Source: Selaginella moellendorffii
Taxonomy: Eukaryota > Plantae > Lycopodiophyta
Assembly: GCF_000143415.4 (NCBI RefSeq)
Contig: NW_003314302.1
Coordinates: forward strand, 18,065 to 82,064
DNA length: 64,000 nt
Direction of reading: 5' to 3'
Shown here: one piece after another, positions 10,837 through 23,786 of the stretch
How positions within the stretch are numbered: position 1 is the stretch's first letter
How the letters are laid out: every line of letters begins with the position of its first letter
Notes under the pieces: model-generated
Database searches by the model: none
The model's input: only the letters and a program-made list of their open reading frames with translations
What the model was told of the DNA's origin: nothing
Program-made: the position numbers and the translations under genes

Positions 10837-13326
10837 TTAAATACGAGTCGAATCTCTTCCAAAAACAAACCGCTTTGTCCAATCGAAAAGAACAACAAAT
10901 CTAGTCCTCCAGCTGACTTGCTTGCTGTTTTCCACAAATTTCACACGAGAAAGAATGAGAAACGAGAAGATTTCGGGTGCGTAGGAAACGAAGTACCTGA
11001 GATACACCGAGTACCAAAGCCACATACTGCTTCGACCGATTGAAACCCAATCCCCTGGCAACTCCGCCGCTGCTTCTTCGCCACCAAGAGGTGCAAACAT
11101 CCCGAAATGCTTGTATCTGTTGTAAGGCGCGCGCGCGCGCGCGAGGAAGAGAGGGTGAGTCTAAAACAAAACGAAACAAGGAGAACTGTGGTACCTGAAT
11201 GGCTGAAATCTGTGACGCCCAGACGCTCGGACGCGAACTGGTCCCTCCGGGTGCTCCTCGCAGTAATCCATGTCGTTGAAACAGCGCGCCAAGTAAGTCC
11301 CTTGTTGTGCTGCAACCTGTGCATATACCACGATTCAACTCTTGGAAAAGCACAAAGAAAGAAAAACACAAATTGGTACCTGAGCAGTGGCGGGAAGGAG
11401 TTTTGTCTCGGAATCGACTTGAGCAAGTGCCTGCTTAAACTTCTCAATGTCGAGCTCCACTTCAGATTCCTGACCGAGCTGCTTTGCCTCGTGCAGTAGG
11501 CTCATAGTGTTGGCGAGGTGGTGGCTCTTGAGGTACATATCTATTTGAGGATATCTTCCCCTTATGGTTTCCATTGCTTCTTTGAACTCCTTTAGTGACA
11601 GGATGCCGTTTTGATCTTTGTCAGCCAGTTTAAATATGTACGTTATGTCTTCCTGCAAAGCTCACAAGGTAGTTTCAGCAAACGCCTTAGCGAAGAAACA
11701 AAACTTAAAGCATCATACCATGATCTTTCGCTGCTCAATGGTAGCACAGTCTCCTACTGCAACACTCCTTCGCAACCTCTTACTCTAAGCCACTCGTCGG
11801 TAGCCAAAACCCGCCTGTTCTTCTGTAAATTTATCAAAATGCAACAACAATCAAACCGGCGAAGAATTAAAACTTCTTATACCTGTCCAACTTGCTCCAT
11901 AAACTTCCTGATCAATGGTCGTGTTCCAATCCCCGTCGACCAAACAGCCAAGCTGAAAGGAATCATAACAGTTTGTCCGGATTTCTTTTCACTCGTCTCT
12001 ACTTCATTTTCCTTTACTGCATTAACGTGGCAGTTTGTTTGAACGTTTATTCCATCTCGTTTAAACTTGTCTTCCGCATATTTACTAATGCGTTCATCGA
12101 ACCTGTCGCAAGGTAGACAATAAAGGAGTTAAAGATGCAACATCAACAGAATGCAAAGAACTTACATGTTTAGTATGTGATCTCCCGACTGTATCAGAGT
12201 TATAGAGACTGCATCACGAGTAACAGGGTAAAGGTCCACCAAATCCTCGTACACAAGGTCATACAACTCCGCTGCAAACTCCACGCCAGTCGGGCCCCCT
12301 CCAACAACAACAAAGTTGAGCCGCGCTCGACGCTCGGCGTCCGACAGAGTGGGAATGCTGGCACTTTCAAAGCAATCCACCACGTTTTGATGTATTCTCT
12401 CGGCATCCTCAACCTCCTGCAAAGTATTTGAAGCGTCAATTCCAAAAACTATCCAGGTCCATACCTTCAAGAAATGGCAGTTCTCGGCAACTCCAGGCGT
12501 CCCAAAGGTGTTCGTCTGGCAGCCCACCGCAATGACCAGATAGTCGTAGTCTATCTTAAACTCAACGTGAGGCCTCGGCGGTTTCGTTTCAGCACAATCT
12601 ACGCACGTTACAGTCTTTGTGACGTGGTCGATGTTCGTGCATTCTGCTTCACAATACATAACATTTCGGTGTGCCTGTACGTAACGCAGCCAAGAAGAAA
12701 ATGATAAGGCCAAGAAAAAAGAAAAGAAACATAAGAAACAAGGCCAGTATACTCACAACTATTCTTCGAACAGGCTCCGTAATGCTCCGTGGTTCCAAAG
12801 TTCCAGCAGTGACGCTAGGCAGCAAGGGCGTGAAAACAAAATAGTTCCTGGGCGAGATGACAACCACGTCGTATTGCTTGTCATCCAAATCTTTCAAGAG
12901 ACTGACACCTGCCCAGCCAGTGCCAAGTATCACGATCTTCTTCTTTTTACCAGTACTTTTGTCTTGAGCCACAGCCAGCGGCGGATTCCACACATCGTCA
13001 CTGATCGCAATCGCAAGGCCTACAGCACTGGCAAGAAAATCCTTGTGAGACTTCTAAAATGAAGCACACAGAGGGAGAGATAGATCTTACCTTACTGCGA
13101 CGAGCGCCGCGGCAGCAAAACTCCACGATCTATGGCGCTCCTGCTGCCAGTACGATCTAAGCCTACTGCCGTGCAATAATCCTCGATCGGCGCCCGAGCA
13201 GAAAGATCGAATGCGATGCGAATTCTCTGCTACAAGATACCAAGGCGGCGAGTAACTTCCCGATCCAGCCCTACTCCATGTCCTGGAATGCAATGCCGAG
13301 CGCTGGAGGCGTCGTAGCGCGCGCAT
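10837..13326 (-). CDS. NDB: External alternative NAD(P)H:ubiquinone oxidoreductase, NDB type with EF-hand (multi-exon)
   Basis: KKIVILGTGWAG, SPRNYFVFTPLLPSVT.GT.E, VVVGGGPTGVEFAAEL, EF-hand ADKDQNGILSLKEF and C-terminal WTKRFVFGRDSTRI*. Confidence 0.93.
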
Positions 13327-13460
13327 TGTGGACCAGACTCCTCACATTCCCATCGTCAATGCCAAGAGCCCTAAATAAACCTAGCCTGACTAGATCTTAC
13401 ATCGACGGTGGAACTTATGCCCGCGAAGCACTAGCATATTCTACGAATATTTACAAACTT

Positions 13461-14831
13461 TTAAAGCTTGCCCATTTGGGCGGTATTGAAGTAGAAGTGG
13501 GAGAGTTTTCGCTGGAAGCCCGTGCTCATCGCTCGCGAGCCAAAGCCACTGTATTGTTTCTCTTTGCTCGCGATGCAAACTTCCAGGATCTTCTTGAGCA
13601 TGCTCCGGCTCTGGAAGAAATCCTGGGCTCCAAATTCTGACAATGACATCCACTGCAGATCGATCACTTATGTTAGATCATTTCTTTCTGGAGTAGAGAT
13701 TTATGATCTTACCTTGGCATCCTCGATTTCCGAGTCTTGCTTGGTTATCTCCGACGAGAGAGGTCTAAGAACGCACACGAAGAACAAGTCCGACTTCTCG
13801 AAGGCTACGTGATGACCCTGCCTAAAACCCACGACTTCTACGAACTCCGTGTCGATCTGGAAGATTTGTCAGGAAATACCAAAGAAAAAGCCGTGTCATT
13901 CACGAGTATGACTGTAATTTCAAAGCATTACCCCAGTTTCTTCTTTGACTTCTCGTATAGCACCCGCAAAAATGTCCTCGGCCTGTAATTAAACAAGACG
14001 GAAAACGTTTACTTTCTAATAGAGACCAAAAGACTAGTTTTCTACACCTGGTTGATCAATCCTGTAGGCATTTTCCAAATCCCTGTGCCTTTCAGCGGTC
14101 CATTTTTCTCCTGGACCGCGAGAACCTGCGAGAACACCGATGAGTATTGCTGACCCTTTCTAAAAAGGCGAGTTCTTACCTCGTCTCTGTCGTTCACGAC
14201 GAATGCTCCAATTCCAACTTGGTGTGAGGCATTCGCTGGCAGCGTGCAGGGAGAATCGGCAAGCCAGTGCGTGAGCATCAAATACGTTGGCTCCGCATGG
14301 TGGTATCTAAATCCTGCCTGTCCAGCCTCTAAGAAAAAATAGAACAATGTTTAAGAAGCAAAAGTACCTCAATCGCGTGTGGAACGAGAATGGATTTCTC
14401 TATGGGCAACTTGAGCCAAACACCTCTTTTTTGCTGAAAAATTCAAGCGTGAGATAGCTAGACAAACACTAAACAAAGAATGTAAACCAGACCTTCTCTC
14501 GCCAAGATGCAAGAGACCTCTCCAATCGATAAACGAAAGTTGGAACATCGGCTGGTAGGCTGTCGGGATCAACGATGACTCCATTGTACCTATCCTCGTG
14601 GACGCGAAAAACAATGGAGTCGGACGATCCTTGGTTTGATTTCAAGACGTCGTCCTGTGTGGAAACCTCGTCTTCGATCGGCAGAGGCGCCACTCCCAGA
14701 GAAGAATGCTCCGCGAGCGGCATTGCCGAGCTCGTCACACACAGCGTCCGATGCGTGCTCTCTTTCGGTGCTGTGTGACGCGTTCTTGGAAGCAACACTC
14801 GATTCGCTGCAAGATTTCGCCATCGATTCAA
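13461..14831 (-). CDS. Nudix hydrolase, plant NUDT2/NUDT8-like subfamily, with likely organellar transit peptide
   Basis: EDRYNGVIV, GVWLKLP, GFRYHHAEPTYLMLTHWL, LPANASHQVGIGAFVVND, WKMPTG and AIREVKEETG (Nudix box). Confidence 0.9.
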
Positions 14832-15220
14832 TCAGGAACAAGAAATTCACGAGAATCGGGCAATATTTCAGGAGAAACGATCCGGAGAACGATATCGAGA
14901 TAGAGATTTCTACCTGGAGGCGAGCTGACGATGGCGAACAGCGCGATGCGCGATAGATCTAATCGAGAGGGAGGCCGCGCTCCGCTCACCAGCATCATCC
15001 AAGACGCATTGCGCTCTAGCCCTCCCCAACGAGGGTTTTAAAAAAGCACGTTCTAGTACTTGACAAAAGGCATGATACTCGTGCTTATAAATTCGAATCT
15101 TTTGTACGCCTCTTTGTGAAGCATGACAAAGATATAGCGACCTCTTCTACTCAATTTCTAGCACAAGAACACAATCTCTCGGGAGTAAATTCATCACAGG
15201 GATATAGACACCATTGTCAG

Positions 15221-17342
15221 TTAGCTTTCGCTGGAGATTTGCGAAAATCCAAATCCAGCAAACGTTTCCTGTCAAGGCAAGATAAACACTCTTGAGCGAA
15301 CAGTGAACAAAACAGGGAATGCTGCTTACATTCTCATCGATGATCCCGTAAGCAACACAGTAGTGCTCCTGCAGTGGAATTGAGAAACTAGAATTCACAG
15401 GAGAAAAACTCTTTTACCTGCATGATATGCCATTCCTCAAACTCGTCAAAGATCTCCAGCCTCTCGATCCTGACAAAACGAAAAGCTCAAAGTTGGAAGC
15501 GCATAAAAAACTGAAAAACAGTGAGTTGATTACCTTCTCCTCTCGACAGGATCGATGTGACGATTGTAGATTTCGTCCATATCCACCGCCACTGCCCTCT
15601 GTCGGCGTTGAAAGAATTATTTAGTACTTCACAATTGGAACAAGGACGATTCACCTTCCATCCTGTTTCTAAGAACCGGTTCATCTTGGACTCGAGCGTA
15701 GATGTATCGTGAATTCCCAGTAAAGGACATCCACGGCTCTATGAATGTAAGATAGTTCATCAGTGAAAACGTTGCATCTCAGAACAAAGTTTTACCTCGA
15801 GATTTCGTATCATTTGTTGCCCAAAGGCGTCCTCTCCATGGATCTGTGGCTGAATTAGACGACGCAAAAACTGATAGCAAAGAGCTCACTTGTTCATATG
15901 CTACAAATACTGCATTTGAGAACTTGCTCGCGGCCCATCTTAAAAGTGCACGACTAGCCTCTGGATCCATGTATATCAAAACACATTCCGCAAGAATCAG
16001 GGTCGGTAGACTGCAGTTAAAAAAAAAAAAGACGTCAGCACGAGAAACAAGGCTCATCTTTGGGTCGAGAGAATTACCTTAAGTCCAAGTTCGCCTTTTC
16101 GCAGACAGCATCCAGCCTTGCGGTGTCTGTTAGATCACAAGCAAAGAGCTTGTAGTGCTCACTGCTTATTTCCCCTTTTTCTGCAATCCTATCCATTCAA
16201 TCGTAAACAAGATAAGAAAAAAAACCTGGCACAAAGTCAGCACAGAAACGCACCGGGGGCGAAGACTGGCGAATCAAGGTGTCTTGCCGTCTCTTTGCAC
16301 GCCGCAACGATCATAGCCTTTTTACTTGTCACCTCCAAGAAATCCACCTCCATAAAAACATCTGGAGCATTTTCTTCCTCCTGTTAATAGCGTGAGCTGA
16401 ACTTTCATAGCAATGAAAAAAAGCTCACCTTGAGTTGAAAGAACGTTGTATCAAAACCAGCTCCCAGAGAAACTATCTGCTTCCTTTTCGAACTGGGTTG
16501 AGAAAGGAACTGCATCAAGAGCGCCCGTATAGCAGCCCATCGAGCAAAGTATCCTGAAGAACAAAGTTATTGAAAATCGCAAAGAACCATCATACGCATA
16601 CCTCTGTTGATCAAGGGTGACCTCTTAACAGGTCTTCTCACGAAATACTGAACGTAGTTGTCTGTCATGTAGCCTTTCCTTACACAGGATCTAAAGTTGA
16701 ATCAAGTTAGCTCAGAAGGAACAGATAGTGGCTCTCATACGATTGAAACTTCAGCATCAAAAACTCAGCATAGCGTATACACAAACAAATCATAGAGCCA
16801 GAATGCTATCATCAGGTACAGGTTCACTCGCATTCATGGCCAGGCCATGTAGGAAGGTGTCCTAAGATGCTATTTTCTGTATCATCACTTGATAAAAAGG
16901 GGCTAATGCCGATGAAATGCTCGTCAGCTCAGGTCTCCAAAGTTTTCTACACGCTCTCTCGAGCGATCAGTAGAAAGCATCAAAAGGTTTTCATCAATCG
17001 AGCCTTATAAGAAAATGAAGAAGCTTTTCTCTGATTCAGAATTGCAGAAAGCCATCACAGACAAATCAGTCCAAGTGTTGGATGTGAAATCTGATTCATC
17101 ATCATCATCTCAAACAAGAAAGGAAAATCCACTCTTTCACTCTTCAGCACCAAATCTCTTCTCTACAAACACCATTCTGGTGTTCAGTAGAACGAAAGTT
17201 GTAGATTTTGATGCTCATCACGAGAGAAAATGACAGGGGGAGGGAGAGAGAAGAGATTTACTCACAGCTTGCTCGCGGAGGCATCGTCATTGGTCGCCTG
17301 GACCGCTGCGCGGCTACTGCTCGCGCGAGGAGGAGCCGCCAT
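15221..17342 (-). CDS. LCMT1: Leucine carboxyl methyltransferase 1 (PP2A methyltransferase)
   Basis: AVQATNDDASASKL, SCVRKGY, RRSPLINRGYFAR, QIVSLGAGFDTTFF, PTLILAECVLIYM, DAFGQQM and EHYCVAYG. The last exon reads ETFAGFGFSQISSES*. Confidence 0.92.
16701..16893 (-). ncRNA. Atypical long (~190 nt) box C/D RNA candidate
   Basis: C box GTGATGA (16888-16882), terminal D CTGA (16715-16712), flanking 7-bp inverted repeat ATCAAGT/ACTTGAT, 15-nt complement to 25S AGGTGTCCTAAGATG (16855-16869) and an internal hairpin. Confidence 0.6.
16919..17004 (-). ncRNA. Box C/D snoRNA, U55-like (25S guide)
   Basis: C box TTGATGA (16997-16991), D' CTGA (16970-16967), D CTGA (16932-16929) and terminal stem GCTCG/CGAGC. 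The D guide ACTTTGGAGAC pairs with 25S GTCTCCAAGGT with one G.U. Confidence 0.8.
17031..17110 (-). ncRNA. Box C/D snoRNA, dual guide (5.8S and 25S)
   Basis: C box ATGATGA, D' CTGA (17069-17066), C'-like TGATGG and D CTGA (17039-17036). The D guide pairs with 5.8S AATTGCAGAA and the D' guide with 25S CCAAGTGTTGGAT. Confidence 0.85.
17140..17225 (-). ncRNA. Box C/D snoRNA, U59/snR54-like (18S guide)
   Basis: C box GTGATGA (17221-17215), D' CTGA (17187-17184) and D CTGA (17147-17144). The D' guide is complementary to 18S AGAACGAAAGTTG (13 nt). Confidence 0.85.
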
Positions 17343-17564
17343 GGAGCACAAGCCCTAACCAAAAACCCTAGCTCAATCCTAGTTTAATACTATTATCTTA
17401 TCGATTAGAAGGAAATTTGGAAATAGAATAGGCTGCACAGAAATCATGATCCAGGGGAAATTATCATAGCTAGCTAGGGTTCTTCGCAACATTCGCTACT
17501 CGATCGCCGTGGCTAGCAGCTCAGCTTAGCGATTAGCTCTTGCATTGAGTGCGATCCAGCGGCG
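17343..17564. promoter_or_regulatory. Short bidirectional promoter LCMT1/IBR3 with telo-box-like motifs
   Basis: Head-to-head ATGs are 222 bp apart. AAACCCTAG at ~17363 and CTAGGGTT at ~17474. Confidence 0.6.
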
Positions 17565-20500
17565 ATGGCGTCGATGACATCCGACATGATCGAATCGGTG
17601 CAAGAAGCTCACAGATTGGATGAGATTTCGTTGCTGGATTATCTCCACCGATCTGTGGAAGGATTTCCACCGCGGCCGGTGAAGCTCACAGTCTCCCAGG
17701 TAAAAATCACTGAATTTCTTCTTCCTGGTGTGGTGATCGTTTTTTTAGTTTGGACACGGGCAATCCAATCCTACTTATCGGTTAAAAGCCGAGGGTGGCA
17801 ATGCTGTGAAGTTCTATGTTCTTCGCAAAAAGCCTCCTGGGAAATTGCTCCAGTCGGCACACGCTGTGGAGCGCGAATACCAGGTGCCTGTTCATAGCTA
17901 GTTCATGGTTTCTATCTTTGATTTTCTCTTCGTCTCGAAGGTTTTGGCTGCTCTTGGAAAAGAAGGAACTGTGCCAGTTCCCAGAGTTTTTTGCCTTTGC
18001 AACGATCCGAGTGTCATTGGCACGCCATTCTACGTTATGGACTATGTCGAAGGCCGCGTTTTCCTTGATCCTGGACTGAAGGTAAAATCTATATCTTGGA
18101 CTGACTACCACTTCGTGTTGGATCATCCAGAGCGTCAAGCCTGAAGAACGAAAGGAAGTTTACCAGGCCATGGGCAAAACGCTTGCTGCTATTCACAAAG
18201 TTGACGTCGATCGTGTCGGCTTGGGAAAGTTTGGGCGTCGCGAAAACTACTGTAAGCGACAGGTATGGCTTTGGTTTTGTTCTTCGTCGTTCCAATTCGA
18301 AATTTCTACTCGTCATGTAGATTGAGAGGTGGGCATCGCAATATGCTGCGTCCACGGCTGAAGGAAAGCCACCCGCGGAACCTTCCATGCTGAAACTTAC
18401 AATGTGGCTGAGAAGTAACGTGCCAGCTGAGGATGCTCGGAGAGACTGTGCGGGAATAGTTCACGGCGATTATAAAATCGACAATCTAGTTTTCCATCCA
18501 ACTGAGGTTTGTTCATCACTCTGTTTTATGTTCGTCGTTCATCGTGAATACTTCAGGCCCGCGTCCTGGCGGTTTTAGACTGGGAACTTTCGACTCTCGG
18601 AAACAGAATGTCCGATGTTGCTTATAATTGTATGGTACGTTTTTGCTGATTGTTACTAGTTGGATCACTGAAAAAATCGGTGCAGCAGCCATATGTTATA
18701 GACAACGGCAAGAGCGGCGGTCCGGGCTACTATGGCTTTGACAAAGGGGCTCCCTCCGATGGTCTACCCACACAAGAGGAGTTTGTTGCTACCTATTGTG
18801 CCCAAGGAGTAAGTCATATCTTTGTTTTGTTTTGGTCTAATGGTTGTTTAAAACTCAGGGAGCATCATGGCCTGGGCCTAACTGGAAGTTTTATCTAGCT
18901 TTGTCTCTTTTCAGGCTTGCTGCAATTTCTGCAGGCGTGTATAATCGGTTTTTGCTTGTGAGTTCTTTCAAATTTGTTTCAAAAAACCGACTTCGGGTTG
19001 ATTATTGTTGAAGGGAAATGCTTCGGGAGGGAAACGTGCAGAATCTAGTGGCAAGTTTGCTTGTTATCTAGCGTCATGTGCACTTCAGTTGATCAATGGT
19101 GGACCTATTATTTCTGATGTTCCACCTTCATTTGCGAAAATTGGTTAGTCGTCTTTTCTATTTCTTACTTCCTATCTTCTTAAGAGCCTGTTTTTGTATG
19201 ACAGGGAACAAGCATCCAGGTCTGTCTCCGTCGTCCAGAGTTTTACGGCTTAAAGAACAACTTGCGACTTTCATGGAAAAATACATTTACCCAAACGAGG
19301 AACTTCTATCCGCTCATGCGAAGACGGAAAAGAGGTGGACAGTCCACCCGCTGCAAGAAGAGCTAAAACATCGTGCTCAAGCCGAGGGCCTTTGGAATCT
19401 GTGGATCCCAGTAAGTGTGGCGTTTTTTATTTTCCTTTGCAATGTTTCTTACGGATTTTCCAGGCCGACAGTGCAGCAATGGCCTCCAAAATCTTGTTTG
19501 ACACGGACGACGCTCAAAACTTTGACAGGCTAGTTGGCGCGGGCCTCAGCAACCTCGAGTATGGACACCTCTGCGAAATAATGGGACGCTCGGTATGGGC
19601 TCCTGAAGTCTTCAATTGCAGCGCTCCCGACACTGGGAATATGGAGGTGACTAGCAATCTTAAATTCCAACAGAGAGAAACGTGACCGAGGTTTTTGCAG
19701 GTTTTGTTACGATACGGCAGTCCAGAGCAGCAAAAGGCATGGCTAAAACCTCTTCTCAAGGGAGAAATACGGTCAGCTTTTGCCATGACGGAGCCTAATG
19801 TTGCTTCTTCGGACGCGACGAATATCGAGTGCAAAATAACAAGGTTCTTTTTCTGAAGTTGCATGTTTTGTTTTATACTTGAACCATTAAACTCCAGGGA
19901 TGGAGAACATTATATCATCAATGGACGAAAGTGGTGGACAAGCGGAGCTATGGATCCTAGATGTCGCATTTTGATAGTCATGGTTAGTACGACCTTCATT
20001 TTGGTAGTCTTAAGTTTTCTGTGCTTTCTTCTGTTAACAGGGAAAGACTGATGTCAATGCGCCCTTGCACAAACAACAGTCTATGATCCTCGTTGACATC
20101 AAAACTCCTGGCGTAGAAATCATACGACCGCTAACTGTCTTTGGCTACGACGATGCCCCGCATGGACATGCCGAGGTGCTTTTCAAAGACGTGAAAGTTC
20201 CTGCGACGAACATCCTATGGGCCGAAGGACGTGGTTTCGAGATTGCCCAAGTATTGATTCCTTCTAAGAAGTTTATTCATGTCTAAAAACATTTATCCTC
20301 GCAGGGAAGACTTGGGCCGGGACGACTCCACCATTGCATGCGCTTGATCGGATCCGCTGAGCGAGCTTTGGAGCTGATGGTTCACAGAGCATTGCAACGA
20401 AAGGTGTTTGGAAAGCTCATTGCTCAACAAGGAGCGTTCTCTTCGGAGGTTTCCCAGGTAAGCTTTTCACGTCGTTTTTTTCCAGACTGAGCTCTCTTGT

Positions 20501-20858
20501 GAGCAGTGTCGCCTGGAGATCACACAAACGAGACTGCTAGTCCTTCACGCGGCCAACGAGCTTGACAATCACGGAGCAAAGGTTGCACGGGGCGCTCTTG
20601 CAATGGCAAAAGTAAGGCCGTGTTGATAAGATCATAGCTTCCGGACTGATGAAATGTGTGTTTCAGGTCGCTGCTCCCAGAGTTGCTCTCAAAGTTCTGG
20701 ACTCCGCCATCCAAGTTCACGGTGGAGCTGGAGTAAGCTCAGACACGGTGCTTGCGCACTTGTGGGCAGCAGCAAGAACGCTGAGAATCGCGGACGGTCC
20801 AGACGATGTCCATCTCCAAACCATCGCCCGGTTGGAGCTCAAACGAGCAAGAATCTGA
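17565..20858 (+). CDS. IBR3: Acyl-CoA dehydrogenase IBR3/ACAD10-11 type (APH kinase-like plus ACAD domains), peroxisomal
   Basis: [84 protein letters not shown] and [12 protein letters not shown]. Ends in a PTS1-like ARI*. Confidence 0.94.
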
Positions 20859-20966
20859 GTTTGTTGTAATTACAACCGTTAGATTGGAGATATTCTAGAA
20901 TATAATATTTTAGGAATCTTCTGCTTCAAATAAAAAGCCCGATGACTAAACCCTAACCAAAGCCCT

Positions 20967-23078
20967 ATGGCATCACTGGCGCATGCGGCGTCTTGGAATG
21001 CGGCAATGCTGCCGCTCACCCGCGGCATTTCTAGAATCTCCTTCCTCAAGGATCTCGGCGGCTGCGATTCCAGCGATCTCTCATGGAGCGCGAGCAATCG
21101 CAGCAGACTTTGCATCGCTCGGTGCGGCGCTGCCTCGCGAGTCATCGAGCCATCGGCGGCGGCGCAAATTCCCAACGCGCCTCCTCCGAGAGCTCCTCCT
21201 CTGTAAGAATGATCTTCTCTTCTCTGGAAATTTCAATTTCTTCTATTTTTTTTTTCCTTACATGCTAAGGATCCAACGCTACACCATATCAGTGTTTGTG
21301 GGCGACGAGAGTGGAATGATCAATCGAATCGCTGGAGTTTTCTCACGTCGGGGATACAATATAGAGTCTCTGGCAGTGGGACTTAACCGCGACAAGGCAC
21401 TCTTTACGATCGTTGTCTCTGGGACCGATCGTGTTCTACAGCAAGTGATGAAGCAGCTATACAAGCTTGTTAATGTCCGAAAGGTGCCATCTCTTTCCTG
21501 TTTTCTCTTTTTTTCTTTGTGTGTTTCAAGGTTGGGCTTTCTTTCAGGTTGAGGACTTGTCGAAGAAACCAAGAGTAGAACGAGAACTCATGTTGTTAAA
21601 AGTAAACGTTCCTGCTGCTCAAAGAACTGAGGTACGCATTTTTCTTCCTCCTTTTATTTTATTTTTTTGCTTCTATGTTTATACACTTTAAAAATGAAAA
21701 GTTTTAGGTGCTTGGTCTTGTCGATATCTTCCGAGCGCGAGTAGTAGATGTGGCCGAGGATTCTCTAACTCTGGAGGTTTTTTTCGTTTGTAGCATTGTG
21801 AAAATCTCTCTTACGGCATGTGTCTAGGTGACAGGGGATGCTGGCAAGCTAGCCTCTCTAGAACGAAGAATGACCAAGTTTGGGATCAAAGAGCTCGCAA
21901 GAACTGGAAAGGTAATGGAGATTGGTTCTTCATTTTAGCTATCGGTTTTTTATCCCAGATATCTTTGCTCCGAGACAAGTCGGAAGAGGTGGTGGCACCC
22001 CCAATTCTACCGCAAGCGACGAGTGTGAGCTCGCTTACCAAAGTGTCCGATTTGGAAAAGCGGGCATCTGAGAAAGTTGTGACAGACATTCCCATGACAA
22101 GCTCAAGCGCAGAGGTAGGCTCTGTGTACTTCTTCCGCAGGCAGTAATGTTTTCTTTTGGTTTTGTGCTTTCAAAGGGTGATGTTTACGCTGTGGAGTCT
22201 GATGACGAGGGCGTTTGGTCTCACCAAGTTTTAGATCCTGATTGGGGAGACGTTGAAGCGGCAGAAGTATTATGTTTTTCTCTTGGTTTTCATTTAAACC
22301 GCTTTCTTTCTCATTGCAGCCGAATGGTTATATGTCGCACACGTTATCAATGGTGGTGAACGATGCTCCTGGAGTTTTGAATCGTGTGACTGGTGTGTTT
22401 GCCAGACGGGGTTATAACATCCAGGTACTCCTTTCGTGTTTTTTCTTAGCTATGAACTTCGCTCTTGGTTTTTATGATCTTGTAGAGCCTGGCTGTTGGC
22501 TTGTCCGAAAGGCAAGGCATCTCGCGCATCACGACCGTGGTACCTGGCACAGACGAGTCGATTCGAAAGCTTCTTCATCAACTTTCCAAGCTCATCGACG
22601 TTGTTCAGGTAAGTAGCAAAAGCAAATTTTTTTTGGGATCATCCAGTCTTAAAACGCGAACAGGTCCAAGACATCACGCATTTACCATTCGCACAACGAG
22701 AGCTAATGCTGATAAAAATCTCGGCTTTGCCATCCGCGCGGCGCGATATACTCGACATAGCCAACGTTTTCCGTGCCAAAACAGTGGATTTATCGAATCG
22801 AAGCATCACACTGGAGGTACTCGCTCGCTTACCTTCTGTGCACGTAGAAGCTAAAACTTGCACTCTAGTTGACGGGAGATCTCGAGAAAATGGCTGCTCT
22901 TCAGCACTTGCTAGAGCCTTATGGAATCCTCGAGGTATTAACAGTGTTTCTAGAGAACATTAGTTCTAAGTTTTCTCGTCCACAGGTTGCGAGAACTGGT
23001 CGATTAGCTCTGGTTCGTGACTCTGGAGTCGACAGTAAACTCTTGGGACAATTGCAACCATTGCAAGCTTCGTATTGA
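20967..23078 (+). CDS. AHASS: Acetolactate synthase small (regulatory) subunit with tandem ACT domains and plastid transit peptide
   Basis: [43 protein letters not shown], second repeat [34 protein letters not shown] and [16 protein letters not shown]. Confidence 0.94.
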
Positions 23079-23127
23079 TTTTCCAAGTCGGTTTCCAAAA
23101 TTTGCGTACCACTCTTTCGAGTCAGGA

Positions 23128-23786
23128 CTAGCTTTCCATCGCTTTGGATTCCTGCTCCACGGAGACTTTCACCTTCATCTTCTCCTTGGGGAGAGTCAAG
23201 CTTGGCTCCTCTAGCAGCGCTGTTGGAGCCTTGACGAGGTGAATTCCTTGCTGGAGCTCAGCTAGATCTTCCCTGCGTTGTTGGGTCTTCTTGCCTCTCA
23301 TCCTGTTAGCGAGAGTTCTTAGTCCTGGATGATGAGAAAAAGAAAGAAAACAAACCTGTTCTTCCAGAACTGAGCTTCTCGTTCCTCTCTCGTCTCACTG
23401 ATCTTCTTCATTGCCTTGACAGTATCCTCCACAACGTTTCGATCGTATCGTTCCGGCCTATTTCTTTTCCTCTCAAGCTCAAATGTAGTGTCCTATTAAA
23501 CCATGTGAGAAGTGACGAAAGGAAAACAGACAATACCTGTGGCAATTCCTTGCCGTGGAGCTTGCGATAGATCTTCGTCCACTTCACCTTGCGAGGATTT
23601 CTCTTCATCTTGAAATTCTTGTGGCACTTGGAGCGGCAGAATCGAAAGATCTAAGAGCCAGCGATTTTATATTTCGCGAGAAATCTGTGATCGAAGCGCT
23701 CATACCTTGGCATCGTTGCGCACATACATCATGCCGTGGCCTGGATAGATCGTGGAGGAGCAAAACCAGCATTTCTCGAGCCTCAT
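23128..23786 (-). CDS. RLP24: Ribosome biogenesis protein RLP24 (RPL24-like)
   Basis: [53 protein letters not shown] and [18 protein letters not shown]; four exons. Confidence 0.93.

Noticed and set aside
17015-17233. 72-aa plus-strand ORF
   Set aside because: It is antisense to the LCMT1 intron and explained by the snoRNA cluster.
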